A stretch of 64,000 nt of DNA, from contig OZ024740.1 of assembly GCA_964016885.1 (NCBI GenBank), positions 242,854,001 through 242,918,000 of the forward strand, in the 5' to 3' direction. Positions within the stretch are counted from its first letter, which is position 1; each line of letters starts with the position of its first letter. The position numbers and the translations under genes are program-made. Below the pieces are notes generated by a model. It worked only from the letters and a program-made list of their open reading frames with translations. It was not told the DNA's origin and ran no database searches. This document shows, piece after piece, positions 36,513-50,353 of the stretch. Origin of the DNA: Eledone cirrhosa (lineage: Eukaryota).

Positions 36513-39500
36513 GAAAAAGAGAATGCATAGGACTTGGTTGTACTTTCATATTCTTTCTACCAGCTGGTGTGTTGACACTGACAGTGAGCAGCTGAAATAC
36601 TTAGAAACTTGCTTAAAGACTTCCTAAGTTCATGGCCATTTTTGCTGGGCTTCTAACATCTCAGCTTTTTTCTGGTGACAGGAGGTAGGATTTGAATGTT
36701 AAGCACAGAGAGCCAGAACAAATACCACAAAATACTTAATCTGGTACTCAAATGACTTCTGTTTTAATGATACACATGTACACACACATACACATGTACA
36801 CACACATACACACACATATGGGGGTTATGTATGCATGCCAGTCACCATAAGTAGTCCCAAGCCACCATAGAAGCATTGGAAAAAAAAGAGATGAAAACAA
36901 TAAGGATGATGAAGACAAAGGAAAGTGTGATAGTTATCTTTTCAATAGAAACATAAGTAAAATTAAGCTGCTTCAGGTGGAAATTGAAAACAGCTTTTCA
37001 ATAGATCATACTACCACACTGTTATGTTTAGTTTCTAAGATAGTTGTGCAGATTGAGAGTTTTAGGAAGAAATATGATGAGATTTTGTGGTGCTTATGTT
37101 TTTTATTCAGGGACATTTTAAATATGTGTTTCAAGAACATGAAGAAGGTATACATATTCATGCAGTCTTACATCATTAGCTTTTATTCATCTTGCTCCTG
37201 CCATTGAAAGTGATAGAGTTTAGTAGAAAATATGCCACTGGCAATGAAAATTCTTTTAAAATGATAATGAATGCTAGAAAATCAAAGGATTAATAGTAAT
37301 TCTATCTGGATAAAGAAGCATGGAAGCATAGCATTGAAGTAATAGAGATTCATTTGAGTAGTTGAAAGGAATCCAGTCTGTATGAACTGATAAGTTTATA
37401 TATTATAGATACATTTAAGAGTAAATTCAGCAGTGAACAAATCAGTGTTTTAGATATGACAGACTTACAGATTTGCATAATATAAATGGTCATAGGTCTT
37501 ATAAGTTAAGGATGGATAAGTTGAATACCTTATATCACCAAGAAAAGTATGAATATAACACAATCATTATTCATCTTTCCTAAAAAATTCAGGCCTTCAC
37601 CTTATATAACAATCTATTAAAAGAAAGAAATATGAAATATATATAAGAAATATATATGAAATTTTAGAAGTATCTTTTCTGTGAGTATATGAAATATTTA
37701 ATTATATTAAGAAACAAATTTTACATAGAGACCAAATGATTGGAATGAATGGAGTTTGACATATTGTATTTTATACTTAAGTATATTATTCTTTTAACCT
37801 TAATCTGCCATGCTTCCTGAGTCTGACTCAACCATAGGAATAGCCTTTTCACCAGACTAAATAATTAAAAAATAAACAAAATTTTTGATTTGATGCAAGA
37901 AGCGTAAAACTTGATATTTGGTAATTGACAATAAAAAAAAATTATCCAACCATGAACATTTGCTCTTATAACATAAATATCCAAACTCTCAGGAACATTC
38001 AGAGTAGTATGGGGAAATAAAACAGATCAAGAAACAGAATGTCATATATTTTTTCTTGCTTATCTATTGTCTTACAAATAGGATTAGTAAAAAAGCTGAA
38101 AAATACAAATCAGGGTTCAACCAACTATACATAATTTTAAGATGAATTGTTGCTTGAGTAGCTTATGATTATTTGGACTATTAAACACTCACATTTTCTG
38201 CTTTTGTGTTCAACACTACAATGTAATTTATCTATTCTTCAATCATCTCAGGATACTGTTGTTTAGTGATTTAGAAGTAAAGTTATAGGTTCTTATGGTC
38301 AGGTGAATATATATGTAGGTACAGAGTACCCGAAAACAGTTAGAGAATAGCACAAATGAGATCAATAGTCCATATAATTCAAGATACATTCAAGATTCAA
38401 ATAAGATTTAAACTAACAATGATGACTCTCAAAAGAACGATCTTTATTTGTTGTCTATCATAAGAATAGAAACAATTACAGCATCTTAAGCAGCTGTGAA
38501 GTTTAAAGGAGATTTTCTCAACAGTTTTTTTTTTATTTCAATAACAAAGTTTATATATAAAGAAAAATATTTTCAATGAATCAGACAAAACAGTCATAAA
38601 TCTCAAAGAAAAGAGAGTAAACTTGCCCCAGTATTATAAAGGCAGACCTCACCAGCTCTTTTGTTGTATTATGACAGCAGTCAGAATTGGAGAAAAGAAT
38701 AGAGAAAAGAGAATATTTAGATTTAAGCAATTAATGAAGATGAAACTTTGCCTCCTCCTCTTCCTCCTCTTATAAGTTCAACTCTTTCTCTACCAATTCA
38801 GCATAGTATTGATTAAAATTATTTATAATCAATAAAATTTAGGAGCTGCTGTGAAGTGACTATTGATTATATCATAGCTGTCACACATCCAACCAGCCGT
38901 GTGATGGATAAGTTCACTTCTGTTGCCACAAATTATTTTCTAAATTATCAATACATATCATGTTTCTTGGATTTTATTAAAAATTTGAGCATTTGAGAAA
39001 ACTTTTAATATTATTATTATTATCATTTTATTTTTGAAATGTCATTTTTAGATGCTACTTATAAATTCATTATCATAAGTCAATACACTTTTGATTCTTC
39101 TAGAATGATTTCAATCACAAACTATTTGCTTCATGAAAATTTACTAATATTTTATTTATTAGATTTATTATTATCATATGCATATACACATACTGAGTGA
39201 AGCTTTGAAGATTGTTTTGGATTAATATCCTATTTAATGAAAGCATGTGATCAATAAGTTGACCACATTGATTGCAATTAACCCCACAAACTCTTCTTAG
39301 ACTAAATGTACTGGAATCATGTGCTCTCTGGTTTAGTTGCAGAGACATTCATTACTCTATTTCTAATGACACACATTCTATTTCAATTAATTAATGAAAG
39401 ATTTGGAGGGGCATACAATAATTATTGATTATATCATTAAGATAGTATTTGTAACAAATAGTTCATATATAAAATTATGCTGGAAGATTTGACTTTAAAT

Positions 39501-40195
39501 AAAACAACTTTAAAATAGGTGGGCTGTTTTCATAGAACCAAAACTGATTTTGGCTGGATTAGTATCAAAAGGGTTGTAAACATTCTACTGTTTTAGCAAA
39601 ATATGAACAGAGATTAATTAAACACTATTCCATACAACTTATATTGCATATATTTTTAATATAAAGAATGATGGGCTTATGTGCAGAGATACTATAAAAT
39701 AGGGTAAAGACCCTTAAAAGATGAAAAAAGAAGTTGCCATTGGCTGCTATGAGGAATCAAATTCCATATCTCCCAGATACTGGCTCTGTACTTTTAACTG
39801 TTAAGCCAAGAGACTGCGACAAATCTTAACATCTTAAATTAGATAGAGACCTGAATCACAGCTTTCAGATGTGAGCAGACATCCATATGTAAAAAAACAA
39901 ACATTGTATGTTTGTAGCCAATAATAGAGACTCCCACAAAGCACTGAGAAGATAAAATTGATATAAAGAATGATGTGCTCATGTACAAAGATGCTATAAA
40001 ACGCATGGTGAAATATCATTTTTAGGGTCTTCACTATATTTTATGAGCTATTTATAGCATTTTCACATATGAAAACATCATTCTTTATATTAACTTCTCA
40101 GCATTTTGTGGGAGTGCGAGAGATTGGCTACATATACATGACGTTTGCCTATATTGTGTTTATGTATCATTCTAGACCAGTTCCTGACATTAAGA

Positions 40196-40231
<36 letters not shown>

Positions 40232-40234
<3 letters not shown>

Positions 40235-40497
40235 AAGGTGGTCATGTAGGTGTCATGTCAAAAAGCACCCAGCCCACACTGTAAAGTGGTTGAGTAGGCA
40301 TCACAACAAAAAGCACCCAGCACACACTGTAAATGGGGTTGACATTAGGAAGGGCATCCAGCTGTAGAAATCTAGCCGGAAACAGTTCCATATGAGCCAG
40401 GCATGGTCAACTGACTCATCTTGCCTCAAATGGGACGAGCCGTCTAACCCATGCTAGCGTGGAAAGTGGATGTTAAACGATGATAATGATGATGATT
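40232..40497 (+). mobile_element. SINE/RTE 3' module with (ATG)n tail
   Basis: aggaagggcatccagctgtagaaa...acccatgctagcgtggaaagtggatgttaaacgatg. Confidence 0.8.
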
Positions 40498-40498
40498 A

Positions 40499-40830
40499 TA
40501 TGTATGAGTAACCCTGTCTTAACATTTTGTAACTGGAAACTACATTGCCCCTACTCACCAACATTTTGTTGAGGATACACTATTGATGGGAATTGCTTTT
40601 GTCTTGCTTAAACCAGTTTATCTTGTGGCATTACAACATAACTTCAAAGGATAAACACCCTTATTATTACATATATATAAGATAAACTACATATATATAT
40701 AAGATAAATCAGCTTAAGCAATCCAAAAGCACTTCACATCAGTAGTGAATCCCAAACGAAATGTTGGTGAGTAGGTGTGATAGAGTTGCCATTAACAAAA
40801 TTTTGTTAAGACGGGGTTACTTTTACATAA
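40499..40830. mobile_element. Fold-back / long-TIR MITE-like element
   Basis: Arms of about 125 bp (40499-40625 vs 40698-40830), e.g. cctactcaccaacatttt / gaaatgttggtgagtagg and gtaaccctgtcttaaca / tgttaagacggggttac. Confidence 0.75.
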
Positions 40831-41243
40831 TTGTGTTATTGCATAATATATATTGCAATGACATGGTTATACAATGCTTGTATCATTGATAGTCCCCATG
40901 TGACATCATCAGATGCTCATACAATTACAAGGTGTAGTCATGCAAGTATGGTGGTATGCTGCTGGTAATGTATTACCATCTTGGTGTGATGCGAGCAAAC
41001 ATCACACCAAGATGGTAATAAGGTTATTAATCCTATTTTTGAATCCTGTGAGTATATCAAGATTTTCCTGTCATAAGATCAAACAATTATCCAGGTGCAT
41101 TTTCCAACTGTTTTTTTAGTTCTGTGTGAAATGTGTCTCCAATACGAAATTTTGCTAGTTTATCACAGGGGTCATCAGGCAAAAACTCAGCCATCAATCA
41201 TATATATATATATAAATGTAAGGAGAATTGTTTGTATACTTCA

Positions 41244-41463
41244 ACTGCTGGGTAAAGAAGTGCCAAGAAATCCTAGTAGAAGGAAGACACAGTAGAGGAA
41301 GACCACGGAAAACATGGGCGGAGGTGGTGAGAGCAGACCTCAGATCACTGAAGCTCACTGAGGAGATGACGAAGGACCGTGACAAATGGAGAGATGCTGT
41401 GCTGAATAGGACCCTGGCAGGGAAAAGCGGACGTAAAATGATGATGATGATGATGATGATGAT
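41244..41463 (+). mobile_element. RTE extreme 3' fragment
   Basis: WVKKCQE...GRPRKTWAEVV...DRDKWRDAV followed by (ATG)n. Confidence 0.9.
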
Positions 41464-41574
41464 ATAATACACTTTGGATTTGATATATAAAGTACCAGTT
41501 TAATACTGGTATCAGTTTCTCTCTGTCTCACTCTCTCATTATTACTCTCTCTCTCTCTCTCTCTCTCTCATTAT

Positions 41575-41625
<51 letters not shown>

Positions 41626-43057
41626 TTAACTATACCTATATTTCAAAGATACAGTTGTGTCCCATTGTGTCACACTGATATGTCCTGAGAATTAAGTTAA
41701 AGCTATACATGTCTATGGAATATTCTATGACATGTTAATTTCACTATTAAGAATTCAGTCGACTAAACAACTAAAGGTTCATTATATGGAGAATTGTGCC
41801 ATGTATGTGTGTGCCTATGTTTCCACCAGTCAAAAACCTTATGGTAATTATATTTGTTTCCCTTGTGTAATTGAATGATTCAACAGATAAAAAGCAACAA
41901 GTAGCAGACTGAAATAAGTACAGGAGACAATATGAATTGTTTTTTACTGTTTAGTCAGGGAGACACTTTTCAGGACCTCCAAAATTGTTGGGAGGGAAAA
42001 AGAAGATATCTTCAATACTTGCAACAGAGTGGACTCTGTTAAAGGTACACCAGAGCCAGATGATGGCATTAAACCAGGTGACAGATTAAGTCTACCAATC
42101 AAGAGCATCCAGTATAAGATTGACTAAATTCTCAATAAAGTAGCCCAGCATGGCCACGCTTTAATGGCAGAAACCAATAAATGAATAAAAGAACCAAACT
42201 GAAGCTTTACAATGTTAATGACAATATAAATATCTTCAGAAATGTGAGATCTGTGAGCTTCCTGTTGGAGTCTAGTATTACTGCCTTAGATCTATTTTTA
42301 CAGTAAAAATAGTGATATTTATTGAAGTAATTGTTTTTTTAATTTACATGCAAGATTGTCGTTCATAATGCTGAACACTCAACTGTGAAGAAGATATGTA
42401 ATCTGAGCTACTGTTATTCTATTTAAAAGAATCAATGAAAGTTAGAAGCTTTGGTTTAACCTCATTGCTGTAGTAGCAGTGCTACAGAAGTCATGTGTTC
42501 ATCCAGACTGAAGGGTCCTCTTAAACTCTCTATTATCTCAATTTGATCACCAACACTGTAGCCTCTGAACACTCCCCACATTTACTTTTGTGTCGCAAAT
42601 CTTAGTTTTTGCTGGGTTTGCTTTGAAACCATTTGATACATCATCATCATCATCATCATCATCGTTTAACGTCCATCTTTCACGCTAGCATGGGTTAGAC
42701 GGTACATATATATATATATATATATATTCTTTCTCCCTCCCTTTCAATATTTTTTCTCTCTCCCTCTCAATATTTTTTCTCTCTCCCTCTCAATATTTTT
42801 TCCCTCTCCCTCTTACACCTCCTTTCTTCCAACAGTTTAATTTAAATAAACCGTTGTTTTTTCAATTTTTCTGACACTCATTTGCATACTCACTCATAAC
42901 TTTGTATCACCCTCAATAAAATATTATCTCCACTATCCAGGGAACTTCAACTGTTAATGTTGTCTTTTTTCCGGGTATGTCAATATTTATTTATAAAACA
43001 AATCTGTATTTTATCTGATAAAAGTGCACCATAATTTGCCTTGGTTGCCCTTGAAAT

Positions 43058-44040
43058 CATCATCATCATCATCTTCGTTTAACGTCCATTTTCCACGCTA
43101 GCATGGGTTAGACGGGAGTTGTCCCAGCGTGGACTGTGTGTGTTTTTTGTTGTGACACCTACACGATCTCAATCTCATTTTCTCGTGCTGTTGGTGGGAG
43201 TGGGAGGATAGGGTATGAGTAGTGGATTGGGGTGTATATTTGGTTATGAGGTGCCTACTGACTGTAGGTTTCGCTTTGTACTGTATTACTGTGTAGCGCC
43301 AAATATCTTGGTCCAGAGACATTGTCTTAGAGAGATGTAAGTGTGTGAGGTCGGAATCTATCAGATCATTCCTGGTTTTTCTGGGTCTACCTACTCCGTA
43401 ACTACCATCAATTTTGATCGCCCTACACTTTTTTATGCAGCTGTCATTCCTTTCCAGTCTACGCAGGTCCTCTGCACGTAATGCCCATGTCTCACTGTCA
43501 TGTAACATTGCTGTTTGTATACAGGCATCATACAATCTGCCTTTCATTTTTAGAGGGAAACCTTTTGTGGCCAACAGCGGTATAAGCTCTCTGAACTTTT
43601 TCCATCCTGTTCTGACTCTGGCTACTGTACTTTCAGAACACCCTCTACCACTGCTGATTTCGTCACCCAGGTAATGGAAAGTGTCTACTATTTCTATAGA
43701 ACCATCTGGGCAATAGGAGCTAGTATCCTTTGGACACTTGCTACTTATTGCACCTGAGCATCGGCCACATATAAAGTCTATGTTCTTAGATAGTTTACCT
43801 GTGATCCCACTACATCTTTTATGTACCCATACTTTGCATTTGGGACATAAAATGGAATTTCTGCCTACGCCTTTCCTACACACTAAGCATGGCCATTTCC
43901 CTGAGGGGACCTGTGCCCTATTTTCCTTTCTACAAACTAGAACTTTAGTCTTAGACAAGTTAACTTTAAGGCCTTTTGATTCTAGGCCATGCTTCCATGT
44001 TTCGAATTTCTTCTCTAGTTCAGCCATTGATTCAGCTATG
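43058..44040 (-). mobile_element. 5'-truncated RTE LINE with PHD-like finger and internal deletion
   Basis: ORF 43098-44027: GLKVNLSKTK, C4HC3 motif, FHYLGD, KGRLYDAC; (ATG)n tail. Confidence 0.92.
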
Positions 44041-44097
44041 AAATATATATAATAAAATAATTATGGTTTTATAAATATAGTTTCCATTTATTAATAT

Positions 44098-44167
<70 letters not shown>

Positions 44168-44171
<4 letters not shown>

Positions 44172-46216
44172 ACCACCACGGCAGCGGACTTGTTAACAGG
44201 AAATATACAAGTCGAACTAGTACTGCGGCAAGCCTTGGCCAGCATCATAATAGCAAAGGTGGTAGGCCAGGGGGACCCCTACACTGGTACCAACTTAGGT
44301 CAGGCAATATAATTAACAGCAGCATACTAGAAAAATTCCCCACATACAGGAAGCATAGGGTAACCCAGAGCGGCCCAGCAGGGGTAGGTTAGCACATGGG
44401 ACTAATATGAACAGAGCGCACAATAGGCAGCAGTCTAACTGCCATGGTAGAAACACCCACCAGGGCTTAAACGACCACACTGACCCAACGGTGACATGGA
44501 AACGCCGGCGTAATGTCTTATGGTTCCTTCCCCACTACTCTAGGAGTATAGCCTCAAACATACCTATAATCTTCTTCGACACCTTAGAGAGGAACTTCCC
44601 ACCTAACCACAGGTATCACAAGATCCTCAACAAGAATAACATCAAGATATCTTATTCGACTACACCTAACTTAACCGACCTCATAGCACTTAGCAACCAC
44701 AGTAAGCCCACTAGAACAAAACCAGCCCGTAATGCCAACATTGGTGAATCTGGCTACCAGTAATAGAAATCAGGGTAATAATCATAGTATTAGCAGTAAC
44801 GTCTACAATAGCAACACCATGGAGACTAACCACAGTGCTAATAGTTAGGACGATGACCAAGATAGGAACCATAGTAGCGATAACAACGGCTGTAGAAGCG
44901 CCGTAATAGGAACAATAACAATAGAAAGAGCACCATTTCACAGGACTTTAACTTCAATAATGCCAACCGCAACAATGACGACAATGGTGATGGGATAATG
45001 ATAGTAATAGGGTTAGCAGCAGTCCTCACCAAAAAACACTGCAATTGCCAAAACCTCAACAACTGTCCACTCCAAGGCTACTGCTTGATTAGAAGCGTAA
45101 TATATAAATGCACAGTCACGAGTTATAATAGTGCTAGGTCTTACGTAGGCGCTACTTCTGGTGAGTTCAAGACTAGATTTAGAGCACATCTCCACTCATT
45201 TAGGAATAGGAAACTAAGATTCTCTACCTCCCTCGCTAAATATATTACTCAATTAACCGACTCTAACATTAGCTACACCACTCAAGGTAAAATTGCCAGC
45301 TATGCTTAATGGAATTATACTACATAGTACAAGCACCCCAGGAACTCATTAATAGTCGGGCTGAAACGGTTATCAATTGCGGCCACCGACTGCAGCGATC
45401 CTTCTACAGATGGTCCCCTGAACCTGAATAACATTGTATCTCCACAGCTCTCTGCATCGCACCTCAATTTGGCCCACCAGCAATAGGTATACCAATGCGC
45501 AGTGTCTAATGACACTATCAACCATCCATCGGTTTCCCACTAAGGCACTGCATAACACCTACTGAGTTAAACCCACTCTACTAAATTCTCTCCCTGGCTG
45601 GGTTAGGTTAAAATAAACTTAGGAACCTACAGCCTGAACCCGAATAACATCATAGGTTAAATAAACTTAGGAACCTACAGCTTGAACCTAAATAACATCA
45701 TATCCCCACAGCCTCCTACATCACACCTCAATACAGCCCCCCTGCATTAGGTATACCAATGTGCAGTGTATAATGACACTATCAACCACCCATCGGTTTC
45801 CCACCAAAACACTGCACAATACCTACTGAGTCGGACCAACCCTGCTAATAAAAATCTTCACCCCCTGACTGGGGTTGGTTAGAATAATCTGAGGGACATA
45901 CAGCCTGGCACTGAATAATTACCTCCCTTAGCGGGTTATGTCCCTTTCACCGACGCCATTGTGTTTACACTTTTCAAACAAAATGCAGGGTGATGTAAAG
46001 TTGAGATGATAATTTCTCAATGGTATTTATACTTACTGATGTAACCATAGGAGCTTCTGCCTCTGAAGAGCCCTTCTGGGTGAAACACGTGTAAGAGCTA
46101 TATAAAGATTTGTTTTAACAGCTTGTAACTCCTTCATTCACTCATTCATTTTTCCATATTTCATATTTCATATCCTGCAGACCTTGTTCCATATTTCCTG
46201 TCCATTATAGTTGCTG

Positions 46217-46218
<2 letters not shown>
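44168..46218 (+). mobile_element. Penelope-like element remnant (GIY-YIG endonuclease, no RT visible)
   Basis: RRRNVLWF.P.YS...KISYS linker; CNC...CPLQGYC...VIYKC...YVGAT..FKTRF..H (GIY-YIG); 3' tandem repeats and hammerhead; (TA)n on both sides. Confidence 0.85.
46059..46098 (+). ncRNA. Minimal type I hammerhead ribozyme in the Penelope-like 3' repeat
   Basis: GCCU-CUGAAGA-GCCC(UUCU)GGGU-GAAA-CACGUG-UA-AGAGC; intact core, palindromic stem III, GUA site at 46091-93; stem I short and bulged. Confidence 0.8.
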
Positions 46219-46300
<82 letters not shown>

Positions 46301-46302
<2 letters not shown>

Positions 46303-46605
46303 ATCATCATCACCATTTTACGTCCATTCTTCCACGCTAGCATGGGTTAGACAGGTTGTCCTGCTGTGGGCAGTGTCCAGTCAGCTGACCTTGTCTTGCT
46401 CATACGGGAACTGATTCTGGCTTGATTTCTGCAGCTGGATGTTGGGCTGGGTGCTTTTTTACCGTAGCACCTCCACGATCACTTTGTAGTGGGGGGGGGG
46501 GCATATTGTCTATATGCTTCAGCTCTAGCTTTGTACCCGTGGGAAGCCGGGTCTTCTGTATTACTGTGTGACGCCAGAGGTCACAGTCTTGTGTCATCAC
46601 CTTTA
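46301..46605 (-). mobile_element. RTE/SINE 3' end fragment
   Basis: DCDLWRHTVIQKTRL followed by family A-like module and (ATG)n tail. Confidence 0.75.
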
Positions 46606-46611
46606 TATATA

Positions 46612-48722
46612 TAATCAAGGACAGAATCAAGTTAGATGAGATGCAGTTTGGATTTATGCCAGGCAGGGGTACTACCAATGCCCTCTTTCAGGTGAGACAA
46701 CTACAGAACAGGCTCTTAGCTAAGAGTAAGCCAGTGTATCTGGCTTTTGTAGATATGGAGAAAGCCTTTGACATGATCCTATACTCTGTAATCTGGTGGA
46801 AACAAGGTGTAAATGAATGGCTTATGCGGGCCATGGAGGACATGTATAGAGCAGCCAGCAGAGTGAGAGTTGGAAAAAGTAGAGTGATGAATTTAAAGTG
46901 CAGGTGGGGGTCCACCAGGGCTCTGTCCTCAGTCCTCTTCTATATTTCATTGCCCTTCAGACCATCATTGAGGAGTTTAAAACCAGCACCCCATGGGAGT
47001 TCATATATGCTGATGATCTAGTCCTCATAGCTAAAACTATAGGAGAGTTTAGTGACAAAGAATGGAAGAAGAACCTAGAGTTGAAAGGTGTAAAAGTAGA
47101 CTTTTACAAAAATGAAAGTTTTAATAAGTAGGGAAGGACAGGAGAGTGATACCATCAAGGAAGTGGCCTTGTTCAATATGTGAAAAGGGCTGGGAAGAAA
47201 TTCTATATGACGCATACATGATAATCTATGGTCACACAAGGGATGTAGTGGCATTGCAGGCAGTTAGATGGAAAAGAGAGACTTTGTATGTGGCAGATGC
47301 ACAGGAAAAGTAAGCACTTTTAAATTGTTGACAGCTTTTGTTAGTTAGGTGATCAAATTAGCAGTGGGAGAGGATCCATTGAAAATGTGATTGACAGAAT
47401 CAGGACAGACTGGAAGGAGTTTAGAGAGTTGAAACCTCTGCTAACAACAAAGGGCTTCTTTCTCAGATTGAAGGGCAAACTGTATGATGCCTGTGTGTGA
47501 ACTGCAATGCTACATGGCAGTGAAATATGTGCCTTGATCACAGAAAACCTGTAAGAGGCTGGAAAGAAATAAAGCAACTGTGCTACAATGGATATGTAAT
47601 GATAGTGTACATGAATGATATAGCATAAATGAACTGAGAGAAAAACTTGGCCTAAGAGGAATTGGATGCTGTATGCATAAGAGAAGATTGTGATGGTATG
47701 GACATGTGATGCATATAGAAGATAGCAGCTGCATAAAGAAATTAAAGAAATGCAGATAAATCCCAATGGTTGGGACCCATGGAAATAGCTGACACAGGAA
47801 GACTTGGGATGAGGTAGTGACCTTAAGAAACTAAACCTTACAACTAAGATGAAAAACGATGATGAAAACCTGACCACAAGCATACAATATGACTTGACCT
47901 ATCCATATGTCCCACACCTTCCACTAGCACTCCCTAGCAGCTATCATTTACACCACTGCAGCCCCACCCATACCCCCTCCAGTACAACTCTTTAACTACA
48001 CCTCCTTCTAAAGCCCTTAGATGCCCTCACTATCACCCCTTAGTAGCCCTTTCTCTGCTCCCTGTGAACTATCTCCACTACAACCTCTTAGCTATCCCAC
48101 AATACACTCTCGAACCCCTTGTTCACATTATCCCCTCACCCCTTCCCCTTACTCATCACTCTGCCAAATCACCACATACACTTAATTCCTATCACCCTCC
48201 CCTATCACTCTACCCTCACCCCATTAAGCTGAGGACCCCTCAGTTGTGTCAATGACACAACACCCTTTCTAGAGTTGGAGATCTACACAATAAATGCACC
48301 CAGTACACATTGTAAAGTAGTTAGTGAAAGGAAGAGCATCCAGCCATAGAAGCCTTGCCAAACAAAGGGTTGAGAAGACCCTTTAGTGGTGTCAAGGACA
48401 TGGCAACCTCCCTATTGTTGTTGTTTTACATGATAAAAGCATCCAGTACATGCTGTAAAGAGGTTGGTGATAGGAAGAGCATCAAGGCATAGAAAACTTG
48501 CCGAACAAGTGGTTGGGAGGACCCTACTGTTTATGTCAATAGATCCAACAACTTCTCCTCTGCACGCAATAGAATGTATGACTGTATATAAGTGAGATGC
48601 AGACCCCTCAGCTTATTGATGAGGTCAGTAGCCCTGTTTCAATACTGACTTGTCTATGTTGACCCATCCAATCCTTGCTAGCAAGGGAAGCAAATGTTAA
48701 ACAATGATGATGATAATGATGA
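46612..48722 (+). mobile_element. Decayed RTE LINE (RT to 3' UTR and tail)
   Basis: MQFGFMPGRGTT, AFVDMEKAFD, GVHQGSVLSPLL, IYADDL; modular 3' UTR; (ATG)n tail. Confidence 0.88.
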
Positions 48723-48771
48723 ATATGCACATATGTGGTCATGACAAAGACACCTGGAAAAATGGGTCATA

Positions 48772-48955
48772 TTGGCAGTATCGGTAGAGGGTCGGACGTC
48801 ATATTTTGCAGCATAGAATCACGGCCCTTTACGGTCTGAGTTCAAATCTTGCCGAGGTTAACTTTGCTTTTCATCCTTACGAGGTCAATAAAATAAAGTA
48901 CCAGTAATACACTGGGATAATTGCTGGCCTTGTGCCAAAAGTGGAAACAATTATT
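48772..48955 (+). mobile_element. Family B SINE
   Basis: Match to 21794-21985. Confidence 0.9.
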
Positions 48956-49548
48956 TCTAGAATACATAGCTAACTAGATAATATATGTAACTGCTAACAT
49001 TACCATTATCATTTTTTTATCTAATTAAAATAAAAGCCTAATACCATTAACATCATATGCCTTAAGTCTAAAATTACAACAAATATCAGGCATCTGGCTG
49101 TATTTTATATCATAGTGTAATCTATATTCATCTAATAAATAGTAGCAGATGAGCCTACAAGGACAGGAATACACCAGTGGAATTGATAAACTAGAATATG
49201 GAATTTAACAATATCTAACATAATTCATCTTCCTCGTGTCATTTTCTACATCGTTTATATGTCATTTATATGACTTATTTTTCTGAGTTCAAATGCCATC
49301 AAAGCCATCCTTCATTCCTTTATAAGGAATCAAGAAAATAAGTATGAGTAATGTAAATGACTCAGTTATGAAAAATATCCCATAGTCCATAATGAGTTAT
49401 AGTACAATAATTTTCATCATGTCTCCTGTTGGAAATTTCTATAACTTATGGTAACACTATGTTTCTGGCTTTCAAAATGTTTCTTATTTCACCAACAATA
49501 AGCCTAGATACCCAAACTCCTTGATGTTTCAATGATTCAAGAAATAAT

Positions 49549-49724
49549 TGTTTCTACTTTAGGCACAAGGCCAGCAATTACCCAGGGCATTACTGGTACT
49601 TTATTTTATCGACCCCGTAAGGATGAAAGGCAAAGTCAACCTCGGTGGGATTTGAACTCAGATCGTAAAGGGACGTAACTATGCTGGAAAGCATGGCGTC
49701 CGACCCTCTACCGATACTGCCAAT
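49549..49724 (-). mobile_element. Family B SINE with 17-bp flanking duplication
   Basis: atgattcaagaaataat on both sides (about 49532 and 49733). Confidence 0.9.
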
Positions 49725-49853
49725 GGAAACACCATGATTCAAGAAATAATGTGAAGAATTAGATCTAGACAGGAAATAAGAATAACCCATAATGGCTGTT
49801 CTGTCACCACAGAAGGCTTTAACGCTGGCTGGTGGCAAAGTTCTCTCTCTCTC

Positions 49854-49884
<31 letters not shown>

Positions 49885-49908
49885 GAGACTCTATATATAT
49901 ATATATAG

Positions 49909-50178
49909 AGGAGACTGAGGTGGTATGAACATGTGATGCGCATGGAGGATGACCGATGGGTGAAGAAGTGCCAGGAAATGCCAGTTGAAGGAAGACGTGG
50001 TAGAGGTAGACCACGAAAAACATGGGCAGAGGTGGTGAGAACAGACCTCAGATCATTGAAGCTCATGGTGGAGATGACAAGAGACCGTGACGAGTGGAGA
50101 GATGCTGTGCTGAATAAGACCCGTCCCACCCTTGCAAGCAGGGAAAAGCGGACGTATGATGATGATGATGATGATGAT
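49909..50178 (+). mobile_element. RTE 3' fragment
   Basis: ORF 49933 (WVKKCQEM, GRPRKTW); tail. Confidence 0.9.
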
Positions 50179-50288
50179 ATATACAGAGAGAGGGAGAGAA
50201 TAGGATGGCTGTGTAGTTGCTAGTAAAGTTAAGCTTAAAAACGGAATGAGAATAAGAAGAAAGCAAGAACAGGATGGGGGAGGTTTCC

Positions 50289-50353
50289 TCATCAGTTGTC
50301 TACTGGAGGTCTTGGATATTTCAACGCTTTAAAGACAATATATCTACTCCCAG
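50289..50353 (-). ncRNA. Candidate non-circularly permuted hammerhead, copy 2
   Basis: CUGGGAG-ua-GAUAU-A-UUGUCU-10nt-GAA-AUAUC-5nt-CCUCCAG-u-AGACAA-CUGAUGA. Confidence 0.55.

Noticed and set aside
48616-48652. TTGATGA-G-GTCAGTA...TACTGAC hairpin as hammerhead
   Set aside because: Core starts with U, and no GAAA follows the stem
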